From Alphaproteobacteria bacterium (GTDB taxonomy: Bacteria; Pseudomonadota; Alphaproteobacteria; UBA9219): a stretch of 64,000 nt of DNA. The stretch lies in the NCBI GenBank assembly GCA_013286365.1, contig JABDFY010000003.1, forward strand, positions 15,109 to 79,108, written 5' to 3'. The translations under genes and the position numbers were made by a program. Below are positions 39,446 to 49,251 of this stretch, piece after piece. Every line of letters starts with the position of its first letter. Position 1 is the stretch's first letter. The notes beneath the pieces are model-generated. The model made no database searches. It was not told the origin of the DNA and was given only the letters and a program-made list of their open reading frames with translations.

Positions 39446-40826
39446 TCTCATCGTTATAGGCGGAGGCCCTGGTGGCTATGTCGCGGCTATTCGTGCGGCG
39501 CAACTTGGCAAAAAAGTCATTTTAGTTGAACGCGAAAATATGGGCGGCATATGTCTTAATTGGGGATGTATACCGACAAAAGCGCTGCTACGGTCAGCTG
39601 AAATTGCCACCTTACTTAAGCATAGCTCTGATTTTGGCTTTATTATCAAAGACTACAAATTTGATCTTAATAAAATAGTTGAACGGTCGCGTAAAGTTGC
39701 GGGTCAGCTATCTGCCGGCGTTAAGCATCTTATGAAGAAAAATAAAGTGGACGTCCTCGAGGGGACGGCAAAACTGCAGGGTGGCGGTAAAGTTGAAGTT
39801 AGAAAGAACGGAAATAAGCCGATTGAACTTGTATCTGAGCACATCATTTTGGCTACGGGTGCGCGACCACGGGTGCTGCCTGGCTTGGAGCCTGACGGCA
39901 AACTGATCTGGACATATAAAGAAGCGATGGTACCGACGTCATTGCCAAAATCGCTTCTTATTATCGGTTCGGGAGCCATTGGTATCGAATTTGCCAGTTT
40001 TTATCGCGCTTTGGGTGTCGAGGTTACCGTTGCAGAAGTTTTGGAGCGCATTTTACCGGTTGAGGATGAAGAAATCTCAGCATTCGCACGCAAGGCATTC
40101 GAAAAACAAGGTATAAAAATTCTCACATCCGCTACAGTTAAAAAACTTGAGAAGAAATCCGATAACGTCACAGCTATGATCGAGCAGGGTGGTGTGGCTT
40201 CACTAACGACGTTTGATCGCGTGATATTAGCTATTGGTATTACCGGCAATACCGAGAATATCGGGCTTGAGGGTACAAAAGTGAAGGTTGAAAAAAATCA
40301 CATTGTCATCAACCAGTGGTGTGAAACGGATGAACCCGGCATCTATGCCATTGGCGATGTTGTCGGACCACCTTGGCTTGCCCATAAAGCAAGCCATGAA
40401 GGCGTTGTTTGTGTTGAGCACATGCTCGGCATCAAAGGCGTGCATCCCTTAAAGACTGACAATATTCCTGGCTGTACCTATTGTTCGCCACAGATTGCAA
40501 GCGTTGGTATAACAGAAGCTAAGGCCAAAGCCTCAGGTCGCGAAGTGCGCGTCGGCCGCTTTCCTTTTATTGGTAACGGAAAGGCCATTGCTATGGGAGA
40601 GGCTGAAGGGATGACGAAGGTGATTTTCGATGCCAAAACAGGTGAACTTCTGGGCGCGCACATGATAGGGGCTGAAGTGACGGAGATGATCCAAGGTTAT
40701 GTCATTGCGCGAACGCTTGAGACGACTGAACAAGAGTTAATAGAGGCTATTTTTCCTCACCCGACCATCTCGGAGACCATGCACGAGGCCGTGCTGGACG
40801 CTTATGGTCGTGTGGTGCATATGTAA
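39429..40826 (+). CDS. lpdA: Dihydrolipoyl dehydrogenase (E3)
   Basis: [19 protein letters not shown], redox disulfide [13 protein letters not shown] and C-terminal HPTISE. Confidence 0.95.
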   Translation: MSQSTDLIVIGGGPGGYVAAIRAAQLGKKVILVERENMGGICLNWGCIPTKALLRSAEIATLLKHSSDFGFIIKDYKFDLNKIVERSRKVAGQLSAGVKHLMKKNKVDVLEGTAKLQGGGKVEVRKNGNKPIELVSEHIILATGARPRVLPGLEPDGKLIWTYKEAMVPTSLPKSLLIIGSGAIGIEFASFYRALGVEVTVAEVLERILPVEDEEISAFARKAFEKQGIKILTSATVKKLEKKSDNVTAMIEQGGVASLTTFDRVILAIGITGNTENIGLEGTKVKVEKNHIVINQWCETDEPGIYAIGDVVGPPWLAHKASHEGVVCVEHMLGIKGVHPLKTDNIPGCTYCSPQIASVGITEAKAKASGREVRVGRFPFIGNGKAIAMGEAEGMTKVIFDAKTGELLGAHMIGAEVTEMIQGYVIARTLETTEQELIEAIFPHPTISETMHEAVLDAYGRVVHM

Positions 40827-40833
40827 GCGCATC

Positions 40834-41778
40834 ATGGACGGAACACGAGCTCAGAAAGAACGCCATCCAGAAAAGGCGCATCGACCGGACAATCCATCCC
40901 CGCGCAAGCCGGATTGGATTAGGGTAAAGGCGCCAGTTAGTCGCGAGTATCATGAGACCGTAGGGCTGATGAGGGCCCTTAAACTTAATACTGTGTGCGA
41001 AGAAGCTGCTTGCCCCAATATTGGCGAGTGCTGGAAGCATAAGCACGCCACCTTCATGATCTTGGGAGCAGTGTGCACGCGTGCTTGCGCTTTTTGCAAC
41101 GTTGCGACAGGAAAACCTGATCTCCTAGATCCGCATGAGCCCGATCGTTTGGCTGAAGCCGTCGGAAAGCTTGGTCTTAGCCATGTGGTTATTACATCTG
41201 TTGATCGTGACGATCTTGATGACGGTGGTGCTAGCCATTTTGCCCGTGTCATCCTACGTTTACGCGAAACGTCACCTCTATGTACTGTTGAAGTCCTGAC
41301 CCCCGATTTTATGCGCAAAGATGGCGCTCTTGAAGTTGTCGTCAAGGCCAAGCCTGATGTTTACAATCATAATCTAGAAACGGTCCCAAGACTTTATCCA
41401 ACCATCCGGCCTGGCGCGCGCTACTTTACTTCTCTTAATCTCTTAAAACGTGCCAAGGAATTAGATCCGCTGCTTTTCACCAAATCGGGCTTGATGGTTG
41501 GTTTGGGTGAGACAAAGGAAGAGGTTGGTCAAGTGATGGATGATTTGCGCGCAGCCGAGGTAGATTTTTTAACTATAGGACAGTATTTGCAGCCGACCCC
41601 GAAGCATGCGCCGATTGATCGTTTCGTAACACCGGATGAATTTAATGAGTACGCTCAGTTGGCGCGCGGTAAAGGCTTCTTGATGGTATCAAGTTCACCT
41701 TTGACAAGATCTTCCTATTTAGCTGGCGATGATTTTGAGAAATTAAGAGCGGCGAGGAAAGCTGCACAGAAGCCTTAG
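40834..41778 (+). CDS. lipA: Lipoyl synthase
   Basis: Radical-SAM clusters [13 protein letters not shown] and [10 protein letters not shown]. Start at ATG 40834 ([14 protein letters not shown]...). Confidence 0.95.
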   Translation: MDGTRAQKERHPEKAHRPDNPSPRKPDWIRVKAPVSREYHETVGLMRALKLNTVCEEAACPNIGECWKHKHATFMILGAVCTRACAFCNVATGKPDLLDPHEPDRLAEAVGKLGLSHVVITSVDRDDLDDGGASHFARVILRLRETSPLCTVEVLTPDFMRKDGALEVVVKAKPDVYNHNLETVPRLYPTIRPGARYFTSLNLLKRAKELDPLLFTKSGLMVGLGETKEEVGQVMDDLRAAEVDFLTIGQYLQPTPKHAPIDRFVTPDEFNEYAQLARGKGFLMVSSSPLTRSSYLAGDDFEKLRAARKAAQKP

Positions 41779-41782
41779 GCCA

Positions 41783-42334
41783 CTACCAACGTCGAATGGG
41801 TCCAACATCAACATGGACAAATTCTGAATCAGGATAGTAGCCAACGCCGCCGCGACGCATGGCTAGGGCTGTTTTATGTATTTTGGGCAATGACGAGCCT
41901 GGCATGCGAATATCAATCGCCATGCCCTTGGTATGATAACTGTTCTTAGCGACACCGTCCGATAGACTTGCCAGCATCATGTTGGTTTTAGGTGAACGAT
42001 AACCAGAGATAATTTCAATAGTTCCATCGTTATTCAACTTGGTTTGCAGTTCGTGCAAAAGATCAAAAAGACGTATATCGATTGGATATGTGTCGCCAGA
42101 ACGAAAATCACGTAATATATGGTTGATTTGCTGGCAAGCCTGACGGTTATAGTTGCCATCCTTCCAATACGTAATGCGCAGTTTTTCATCGGTGTGTAGA
42201 TTATGAAAAGCGAGCTCACGTGCAGCTCTTATTTTAGGCACAAGAGCGAAAGCAGGCGTAGCCACAGTGCACGCCATTGTAGCGATACTCATATGTAAAA
42301 ACCTGCGGCGTGTTCCGTCGAAGAGTTTCGTCAT
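41783..42334 (-). CDS. DUF882 / peptidase M15A family protein (YcbK/MepK-like murein endopeptidase), Tat-exported
   Basis: Twin-arginine leader TRRRFLHMSIATMACTVATPAFA, with SGYRSPKTN and HTKGMAIDIR metal-site-like motifs. Lies directly downstream of an L,D-transpeptidase, as with E. coli ycbB-ycbK. Confidence 0.8.
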   Translation of the reverse strand: MTKLFDGTRRRFLHMSIATMACTVATPAFALVPKIRAARELAFHNLHTDEKLRITYWKDGNYNRQACQQINHILRDFRSGDTYPIDIRLFDLLHELQTKLNNDGTIEIISGYRSPKTNMMLASLSDGVAKNSYHTKGMAIDIRMPGSSLPKIHKTALAMRRGGVGYYPDSEFVHVDVGPIRRW

Positions 42335-42461
42335 CCAATATATTTTAGTTGTTGTGACAGGGTTTGATGCTACGGCTTCGCATTCCTATGGCTACGAGAA
42401 GTAGTTCGCTAGAGCTTGGCTGACAAGAAATATATCTTGGGTAATAAATATATATTTAATA

Positions 42462-44114
42462 TCAATGGCTTAATATGTCTTTTGTGGAATCACTGGACGG
42501 CTTATCGGTATCTTGTCCCTGGAGATTTTCAATCAGAAAGCGATCATAGTCATAAACATCGCGGCGGAAATTTATCTGGCCGTCTTCATCCATAAAAACC
42601 GTCCAATAGAGGATGTAGAGCGGAAGTGGCTTAGCTACAGCCACCCAGTGTGTTTTATTTTTAGCAATTTCGTCTTCGATATGTTTGACGTTCCAGTTAC
42701 CCTCGTTTGAACTAAGAACAACTTCTGCAAAAGTTTGCGGGCTTTGTAAACGTACACAACCTGAACTGAGTGTCCGCTCAAACTTCTTAAAGAGCTCTTT
42801 ATGAGGTGTACCATGTAGGTAAACAGAAAAATCATTGTCAAAATCAAATTTAAGTCTGCCGAGGCTGTTCATATCGCCTGGCGACTGACGTAAATGAAAA
42901 TTAAATTCTCTATCGGGCATGGACGCCCAGTCGATGTTGTCACCATGGGGGTCGTCTTCGCTGTCGCTGATAGTAAAGCCGAGTTTTTCGAGATAATGCG
43001 GATCACGTCTGAGTTTGGGTAAAATATCCTTTTGAGCAATTTTAGCCGGCACGTGCCATGACGGGTTGACAATCATGCTGCGAATTATACTTTGAATAAA
43101 TGGTGTTTTACGGTCGACGCGTCCAACGATGACAGCGCTTGTGTAAATTAAATTTTCGTTCTCAATTACATCGATAGAAGCGTCAGCAATATTGACCATG
43201 GCATAACGATCCGGTAATTCATCCGGCGTATGCCGCCAACGTTCCATATTGGCACTAATCTGGTCGATACGTGTTGTTACAGGAATATTGAGGGCCTCGA
43301 GTGTTTTGCCGCCAAGATTTCCGTCCGGCTCGAGGCCGTTGCGCATTTGATATTCTTGCAAAGCTTTGTGTAAATCACTATCGAAGAGATCGCCGTTTTC
43401 TGCCGGCGCGACTGAAGGCACGTAATCCTCAATTGCCAGGCGCGCGCGTAATTGACTTATACGCGGACCTTTGTCGTTGGGCTTCAACGTAGGTCCTGGA
43501 TCTATTTTGGCCCAGCCACCTTTAGATTGTAAGTCGCGATAATGGCTCAAAGCTACGGCGAGATCGTCATAATCGTCATATTGCGGTGAGATGCTTTCCA
43601 TGAACTCATTTATTCTATTGCTAGCGACGGCCGTTGAGAGTTCGGTCGGAATATCAAGATCAGAGCGATGAAAACTCCATCCCGGGTAAATAGTATTAAG
43701 ATCGATACCGTCACCGTGCAAATCATGAGCTAGCCGAACGAGGCTATCGGTTACAAGCAGTTCAAGTTTAAGTTTACTGGGATCGTCAGTTTGCTTGATA
43801 AGCTGCTGCATAAGATCAATCGGATAGTCATCGCGCTGTAACCCATGCCAAGTGATGAGTTGGTCAAGCGAGGTCAGAAAATTTGTAAAGGCGTCGAGAT
43901 TATCTTGATTAACGAATGACCACGCCGGGCGAAAGTCGCGCGCCGTGTAAAACTTCGCGAGGTCATCTCGATTAAGCGAATAATCTCCGATGGTGATATC
44001 GGGGGCCAAAAGAGCCTTTGCTATATCATTGTTATCAGGCGAAGCAGTGTCGGCCACAGCTGCAAAGGCGATGGTTGTGGTCATCATAATAACCAGGAAT
44101 GATTTCTTCCACAT
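42462..44114 (-). CDS. L,D-transpeptidase, YcbB/LdtD-like
   Basis: 550 aa. Signal peptide, PG-binding repeat (LQEYQMRNGLEPDGNLGGKTLEALN) and YkuD catalytic motif YLHGTPHKELF...SSGCVRLQ. Confidence 0.85.
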   Translation of the reverse strand: MWKKSFLVIMMTTTIAFAAVADTASPDNNDIAKALLAPDITIGDYSLNRDDLAKFYTARDFRPAWSFVNQDNLDAFTNFLTSLDQLITWHGLQRDDYPIDLMQQLIKQTDDPSKLKLELLVTDSLVRLAHDLHGDGIDLNTIYPGWSFHRSDLDIPTELSTAVASNRINEFMESISPQYDDYDDLAVALSHYRDLQSKGGWAKIDPGPTLKPNDKGPRISQLRARLAIEDYVPSVAPAENGDLFDSDLHKALQEYQMRNGLEPDGNLGGKTLEALNIPVTTRIDQISANMERWRHTPDELPDRYAMVNIADASIDVIENENLIYTSAVIVGRVDRKTPFIQSIIRSMIVNPSWHVPAKIAQKDILPKLRRDPHYLEKLGFTISDSEDDPHGDNIDWASMPDREFNFHLRQSPGDMNSLGRLKFDFDNDFSVYLHGTPHKELFKKFERTLSSGCVRLQSPQTFAEVVLSSNEGNWNVKHIEDEIAKNKTHWVAVAKPLPLYILYWTVFMDEDGQINFRRDVYDYDRFLIENLQGQDTDKPSSDSTKDILSH

Positions 44115-44240
44115 CTCGCTTGATCTTTCGGGTATTGAGGGGGTGACTTGACGGAACCTCAGCTTATCGGCGAGTTTTGTTTAAACTAGGTTAAGAAATG
44201 GAGAAAACTGAATGTATCCGCGAAATTTATTAGGTAGCTA

Positions 44241-44675
44241 ATGCCAAGGCATACTGAAACCCGGACCTTACCATTTAGCCCGGAACAGCTTTATGAGCTG
44301 GTATCTGATATTGAACGTTATCCTGAATTCTTACCCTGGTGCTTAGGTGCGCGCGTTCTCGAACATAAGGAGAATGTTATCACGGCTGATTTAATCATTG
44401 GCTATAAGATGTTTCGTGAAAAGTTTACCTCTATCGTGACACTTGATGCACCAAAAAATATATCGGTAAGTTATGTTGCCGGACCATTATCTCATCTCAA
44501 AAATGAATGGCATTTTGAGCCAGCAAAAAATGGTGCCTGTGCGTTGTCTTTTGAAGTCGATTTCGATTTTCACTCGCCCCTTATGCGCTCAATGATGGAA
44601 ATATTTTTTGATAAGGCCTTACGCAGAATGGTAACTGCCTTTGAACAAAGAGCCGTCACTTTGTATCCTAGATAG
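44241..44675 (+). CDS. ratA: SRPBCC-family RatA / COQ10-like (ubiquinone-binding) protein
   Basis: 144 aa. LYELVSDIERYPEFLPWC N-terminus typical of the RatA/COQ10 START-like family, in the conserved position after lipA. Confidence 0.78.
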   Translation: MPRHTETRTLPFSPEQLYELVSDIERYPEFLPWCLGARVLEHKENVITADLIIGYKMFREKFTSIVTLDAPKNISVSYVAGPLSHLKNEWHFEPAKNGACALSFEVDFDFHSPLMRSMMEIFFDKALRRMVTAFEQRAVTLYPR

Positions 44676-44727
44676 GGAGTGATTAGTCTGAGACCGCAAT
44701 CCTTAAGATTGCAGATCATAATTTATA

Positions 44728-44801
44728 TGGAGGCACGGGCCGGAATCGAACCGGCATACAAGGATTTGCAGTCCTCTGCATAGCCATTCTGCCACCGCGC
44801 C
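44728..44801 (-). tRNA. tRNA-Cys (anticodon GCA)
   Basis: The reverse strand reads GGCGCGGTGGCAGAATGGCTATGCAGAGGACTGCAAATCCTTGTATGCCGGTTCGATTCCGGCCCGTGCCTCCA. 7-bp acceptor stem (one G-U), anticodon loop CTGCAAA, T-arm GGTTCGATTCC, discriminator U and an encoded CCA. Confidence 0.93.
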
Positions 44802-44890
44802 TTCTAATGGGTCGGCACAGTAAGGTTTTCAGTGGTATAAGGTCAACTGCGCCGTGTTAATTGCTATCAGATGGCTTGAATTGTATATAG

Positions 44891-45613
44891 ATGGCGTCAA
44901 CTACTTTCTGGAATTATCCTATGAATGCTGTAACCCAACCCAAAATCCCCGATTATGCTTCTGCGCGCAATAACATGGTTGATGGGCAATTGCGTCCCAA
45001 TAAGGTCTATGATGAGCGGATCTTAGGGGCTATGGGTGGCATCGCCCGCGAGATGTTTGTTCCATTTACGATGGTTGGCATCGCCTATATCGACGAAGAT
45101 CTACAAGTAGCTGAAGGCCGATATCTACTCGAGCCAATGGTGTTAGCGCGTCTCTTACAAGAGGTGCAAATCAAACCAACTGATCGGGCGCTTGATATTG
45201 CCCCTACAACTGGATATTCGACGGCTGTGATGGCTGCGATAGCAAAAGAAGTCACGGCCCTAGAGTGTGATCCTTCGTTGCAGCAGCAGGCTACGAATAA
45301 TTTGAAACAGTTAAAGATTGATAATGCAAAAATTAAACTCGGCCCCCTCAATGAAGGATGGAAATTGGGCGCACCCTATGATGTCATTCTCATCAATGGT
45401 TGTGCAGATATTGTTTCAGATGAATTATTTGCTCAGTTAGCAGAAGGTGGGCGCTTGGTTACAGTCATAAGGCAGAAAGCCCCTGCCGCACAAATCGGGG
45501 AGGCGAGGCTATATGAGAAAATTCATGGCAATATATCTCACCGTGCTCTGTTCGATGCTAATGTCAAACTTTTGCCAGCTTTTGAAGCTAAACCATCTTT
45601 TAGATTTGAATGA
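44891..45613 (+). CDS. Protein-L-isoaspartate O-methyltransferase family protein
   Basis: SAM-binding block ALDIAPTTGYSTAVMAAIA and PYDVILINGC. Start ambiguous (ATG 44891 or 44921). Confidence 0.7.
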   Translation: MASTTFWNYPMNAVTQPKIPDYASARNNMVDGQLRPNKVYDERILGAMGGIAREMFVPFTMVGIAYIDEDLQVAEGRYLLEPMVLARLLQEVQIKPTDRALDIAPTTGYSTAVMAAIAKEVTALECDPSLQQQATNNLKQLKIDNAKIKLGPLNEGWKLGAPYDVILINGCADIVSDELFAQLAEGGRLVTVIRQKAPAAQIGEARLYEKIHGNISHRALFDANVKLLPAFEAKPSFRFE

Positions 45614-45951
45614 GGCCGATCATGTCAAATGTCCCCAGTCTCGAGGTTGAAGATCTTCAGAAACTTATCCAATCGGGATCACCCGTAGTCATTCTTGATG
45701 TGCGTGAAGAGCGCGAAAATGCCATTTGCAGTATCCCTGGAAGTATTTTAATTCCGCTTGGCCAATTGTCTGAACAACTTGCTGAGTTGGCCAAAGAAAA
45801 AAAGATCGTCGTCCATTGCCATCACGGTGGCCGTAGTGCGCGTGCCGTCGCCTATCTATTGGAAAAGGGTTATAAAGATGTGCATAATCTCAAAGGTGGT
45901 ATTCACGCCTGGTCTGAACGCATCGATCCTAAGGTAAAAACTTACTCATGA
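45610..45951 (+). CDS. Rhodanese-like sulfurtransferase domain protein
   Basis: 113 aa with active-site loop VHCHHGGRSARA and LKGGIHAWS. Its ATG overlaps the upstream stop (ATGA). Confidence 0.85.
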   Translation: MRPIMSNVPSLEVEDLQKLIQSGSPVVILDVREERENAICSIPGSILIPLGQLSEQLAELAKEKKIVVHCHHGGRSARAVAYLLEKGYKDVHNLKGGIHAWSERIDPKVKTYS

Positions 45952-46105
45952 CCCACATTGGCCTTATGCCCTAAACGAGGGTTTTACGGGCACAGCTGGC
46001 GCCTAATGAGGCGATTCTGGTACCTATGAACAGAGTTCTGGCTTGCAAAGACTTGGGAAGCCGATAGACTTAAAGCCCGCCTTTCTCTCATTTGCGCGAT
46101 TCGAC

Positions 46106-46669
46106 ATGGCCGAAACTCCGGAAACACCTGCACAAGAACCATCGATGGAGGAAATCCTTGCCTCCATTCGCAAAATTATTGCCGATGAGAATGATCCGGC
46201 AGCACCCCCGGCTAATGGTGCGCCAGCAACCGGTGATGAAGTTCTTGAGTTGACGCAGATGGTACAAGATGACGGTTCGGTCGTTGATTTGAAATCGCCT
46301 GAACCTGCCGTTGCACCTCCTCAAGCGAAAGAACCTGCTAAGGCGGTGGCGCCTCCACCACCACCTCGGCCGACGCCTCCGCCACCACCACCTCCGCCCG
46401 CTGACAGAGGTTTAATTTCTGAACCTGCAGCGACAGCGGCTGTTTCTTCGCTTTCTTCTTTAGCCAGCACAGTTGAAATCGAGCGCTTGTCTGCCTCGTT
46501 GCCGCAAGCGGGAACAGGCCTCGGCGATGGATCGCGCACGCTAGAGGATATGGTGATTGAATTAATGAGGCCGATACTTAAGGAGTGGTTGGATAAAAAT
46601 TTACCAGCTGTCGTCGATCGTCTTGTTCAAAAAGAGATCGAGAGAATTTCTAGACGTGCACAAGACTAA
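46106..46669 (+). CDS. PopZ/DUF2497-like pole-organizing protein
   Basis: N-terminal SMEEILASIRKIIADE, a proline-rich linker (PPPPPRPTPPPPPPPPA) and C-terminal LEDMVIELMRPILKEWLDKNLPAVVDRLVQKEIERISRR. Start at ATG 46106. Confidence 0.68.
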   Translation: MAETPETPAQEPSMEEILASIRKIIADENDPAAPPANGAPATGDEVLELTQMVQDDGSVVDLKSPEPAVAPPQAKEPAKAVAPPPPPRPTPPPPPPPPADRGLISEPAATAAVSSLSSLASTVEIERLSASLPQAGTGLGDGSRTLEDMVIELMRPILKEWLDKNLPAVVDRLVQKEIERISRRAQD

Positions 46670-46677
46670 TCATAAGC

Positions 46678-47553
46678 CTAACTGAATGTAGGCTCGAATT
46701 TGCGTGGCTGATAATTTAGTTTTTCGAGCCCTTCGCTGACATCGAATATAAGGTCCTCATTCATGCGCTGAAAGATCGTGTGGCCGAAGGCATTTTCTTG
46801 AATTAAACGAAAACGTGATGCCCAACGAAAACCTGTCTGTAGAATTTTTGTTGGCACCGTCGCAAAACGCGGTTTTTGCTTTAATGCAATGAATATTCGT
46901 TCAACCATGTCACGGTAGGTAAGCACTTCACCGCCAGCTATATTGAGTATCTGATCATAGATGTGATTATTACCGAGAGCGTTAATGATGGCTTTGGCTA
47001 CATCGTCGGCGTGAATTGGCTGGCGCAACCCTTTGCCAGGCGCTGCTAAGGGAAAGAAATGGAACCGCCGGATAAATCTTGCTATGCGTGCAATATTTTG
47101 GTCGCGCAGACAGTCATAAATCATTGTTGTGCGTAGGACAGAATAGGCGATATTTCCCTTTAGACTATAGGCCCTCACAATATTTTCAGCCATCTCTAAA
47201 CCTTCAGCGAGAGCACGATCTTTGATGTCGACGCTATTGGCTTTAGTGAAGCGACTTGTGGAGCCAAGGGCCACGATTGACTGCACGCCTATAAAGCGTG
47301 ACATCGTACGCGCCAATATCCATAAGGGTACGAGACTAATGACAATAGAACCTTCTGGTGCTACCCAGTTGCGCGCTTCGGTTAGATTGAGTTGAAGAAA
47401 CCTTAGAGGCGATGGCACATCTATCTTGCGCCTCGATATCACGTCTGCGCTAAGACCCTCTGCAGACAACCGTTGCATGAGATAGAACGCGACCAAGCTG
47501 CTACCGCCCAAAATAACAAGGGGAGGAGATCGGTTCACAGCAGTCTCCGGCAA
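46678..47553 (-). CDS. NAD(P)-dependent epimerase/dehydratase (SDR-like) family protein with a degenerate nucleotide-binding motif
   Basis: 291 aa. Rossmann-like LVILGGSSLVAFYLMQRL and a PIHADDVAKAI block typical of extended SDRs. The glycine motif is atypical, so the assignment is tentative. Confidence 0.5.
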   Translation of the reverse strand: MPETAVNRSPPLVILGGSSLVAFYLMQRLSAEGLSADVISRRKIDVPSPLRFLQLNLTEARNWVAPEGSIVISLVPLWILARTMSRFIGVQSIVALGSTSRFTKANSVDIKDRALAEGLEMAENIVRAYSLKGNIAYSVLRTTMIYDCLRDQNIARIARFIRRFHFFPLAAPGKGLRQPIHADDVAKAIINALGNNHIYDQILNIAGGEVLTYRDMVERIFIALKQKPRFATVPTKILQTGFRWASRFRLIQENAFGHTIFQRMNEDLIFDVSEGLEKLNYQPRKFEPTFS

Positions 47554-47741
47554 GAATCTTTGGCCTTAGGACGTAAAACTAGCTTGCGCAATTTATTCAT
47601 TGATATAATTGCCTTATTATTGACATATGAGATGGAGATGTTATTGACGCCCGATCGGTTTGAGTCGAAATCTAGACCTTACCCATGCTAAAACAAACCT
47701 TTTTATCAAGTAGAGTTTAATCTCGTGGTGGATGAGTGAGT

Positions 47742-48566
47742 ATGAACGACGCACACTGGAAAATTGAAGATTTACCCTGGGATCAGTTTAACGCATCAAA
47801 AGTTGATCCTGAAATTCTCATGGTCATCAAAGCGGCAGCTCTCGTTGAATCTAATGGATATGATTACGCGCGCTATCTCTGTAACGTATTTCCTGATGAT
47901 GAGGCGTTTCAGCGGGCTGCTAAAGATTGGGCTACCGAAGAAGTCCAGCATGGACGTGCACTTGGGATGTGGGCTGAGCTAGCTGATCCAAATTTCGATG
48001 TAAAAAGCGCCGTTGCTCGTTACACGGCTGGCTACCAGATAAATATTGAGGCTCATCAATCAATTCGTGGATCACGTTCGGGTGAGTTGATCGCAAGGTG
48101 TATTGTTGAGACCGGTACAAGCTCATATTACACAGCTTTAGCTGATGCGACTGAGGAGCCATTGCTGAAAGCTTTGTGTCGCAACATTGCCGCTGATGAG
48201 TTGCGGCATTATAAGTTATTCTATGTTTATCTGAAAAAATACCTCGACCATGAGGAACTAAGTCGCTTACAGCGCTTACGCATTGGTTTGGGCCGCATCC
48301 AAGAGTCTGAAGACGATGAATTGGCTTATGCCTATTACGCCGCCAATGCACCCGCAAATGCCGTATTTAGCCGTGATAAATATACCGCCGCTTACATGAT
48401 TTCGGCCTATCGTTTTTATCAGCCTCATCACGTGGAACGCGTTGTATCTATGGTCTTTAAAGCCTGCGGCTTAAGGCCACATACCGTTTGGCAGGGCATG
48501 GCCAATCGCGTTGCCTGGTGGTTGATGAAGAGCAAACGTGAGCGCGCCATTCGTAACGCGGCTTAG
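47742..48566 (+). CDS. Ferritin-like di-iron protein, acyl-ACP-desaturase-like
   Basis: Two ExxH motifs in a helical context (ATEEVQHGRAL and AADELRHYKLF) that resemble the EENRHG / DEKRHE pair of soluble desaturases. ATG at 47742. Confidence 0.6.
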   Translation: MNDAHWKIEDLPWDQFNASKVDPEILMVIKAAALVESNGYDYARYLCNVFPDDEAFQRAAKDWATEEVQHGRALGMWAELADPNFDVKSAVARYTAGYQINIEAHQSIRGSRSGELIARCIVETGTSSYYTALADATEEPLLKALCRNIAADELRHYKLFYVYLKKYLDHEELSRLQRLRIGLGRIQESEDDELAYAYYAANAPANAVFSRDKYTAAYMISAYRFYQPHHVERVVSMVFKACGLRPHTVWQGMANRVAWWLMKSKRERAIRNAA

Positions 48567-48578
48567 TCGCGAACTAAC

Positions 48579-48592
48579 AACTTATATAAGTT
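48579..48592. repeat. Perfect 14-nt palindrome AACTTATATAAGTT between convergent genes
   Basis: Read directly. Self-complementary over all 14 nt, located in the 30-nt gap between the ferritin-like gene stop and the VOC gene stop. Confidence 0.8.
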
Positions 48593-48596
48593 ATAT

Positions 48597-49052
48597 TTAA
48601 GCGGCCTTGGCTGAAAATTTCTTTCTGCCTTCTTCTATCTCTTGCTGTGATACATCGCGGACATGCGTTGCCAAGGTCCACATATTTCCGAAACGATCTT
48701 TTACCGATCCCGTACGGTCACCCCAAAACATATCCTGGACCGGTGATGTCTCTTGAAGTCCAGCCTTTGTTGCTTGCTGGAATGAATTGTCGACATCATC
48801 GAGATATACGTAAAAAGTTGAGCTCGTGGGTGTGGCACACCCCATATCCGGATTAAGATCGGCGAGAAAGAGTTTGGACGAACCAATTTGAAGGCAGGCA
48901 TGCATAATTTTGCCCGTTGTGGGGCAGGCTAGACGGTAAATTTCTTTGGCGCCAAATGCCTTCGTATAGAGTTCTATCGCTTGGGTGGCGTTAGCTAGGT
49001 TTAAAGTCGGCGTTAAAGTATTAAAACCTTCTGGAATCTTGGCAACGGACAC
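48597..49052 (-). CDS. VOC (glyoxalase/bleomycin-resistance, PhnB-like) family protein
   Basis: 151 aa. FGAKEIYRL...IMHACLQIGSSKLFLAD...DRFGNMWTLATH is typical of PhnB-like VOC proteins. Confidence 0.75.
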   Translation of the reverse strand: MSVAKIPEGFNTLTPTLNLANATQAIELYTKAFGAKEIYRLACPTTGKIMHACLQIGSSKLFLADLNPDMGCATPTSSTFYVYLDDVDNSFQQATKAGLQETSPVQDMFWGDRTGSVKDRFGNMWTLATHVRDVSQQEIEEGRKKFSAKAA

Positions 49053-49251
49053 GGGAGCCTCCTCGTCTAAGAGTGAGGTTGCCCTATATCGCTTCTTCTA
49101 TAGAGGAGGCAATACAAACTTTGGCTTATGTTGCTGGCATATTAATAAAATAAGTTATATCAGCAAGTTACGCCGTTATACACTTTCGTGACCTCTCGAG
49201 AGTGTGCTAACTAGTTATCTTGTCTAACTATCTCTCTATCGCAGTAACCTG

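Noticed and set aside
44676-44890. tRNA-Cys as an integration site for a genomic island
   Set aside because: No integrase, no phage genes, and no direct repeat of the tRNA 3' end visible nearby. The flanking genes (ratA, the methyltransferase) are conserved core genes.
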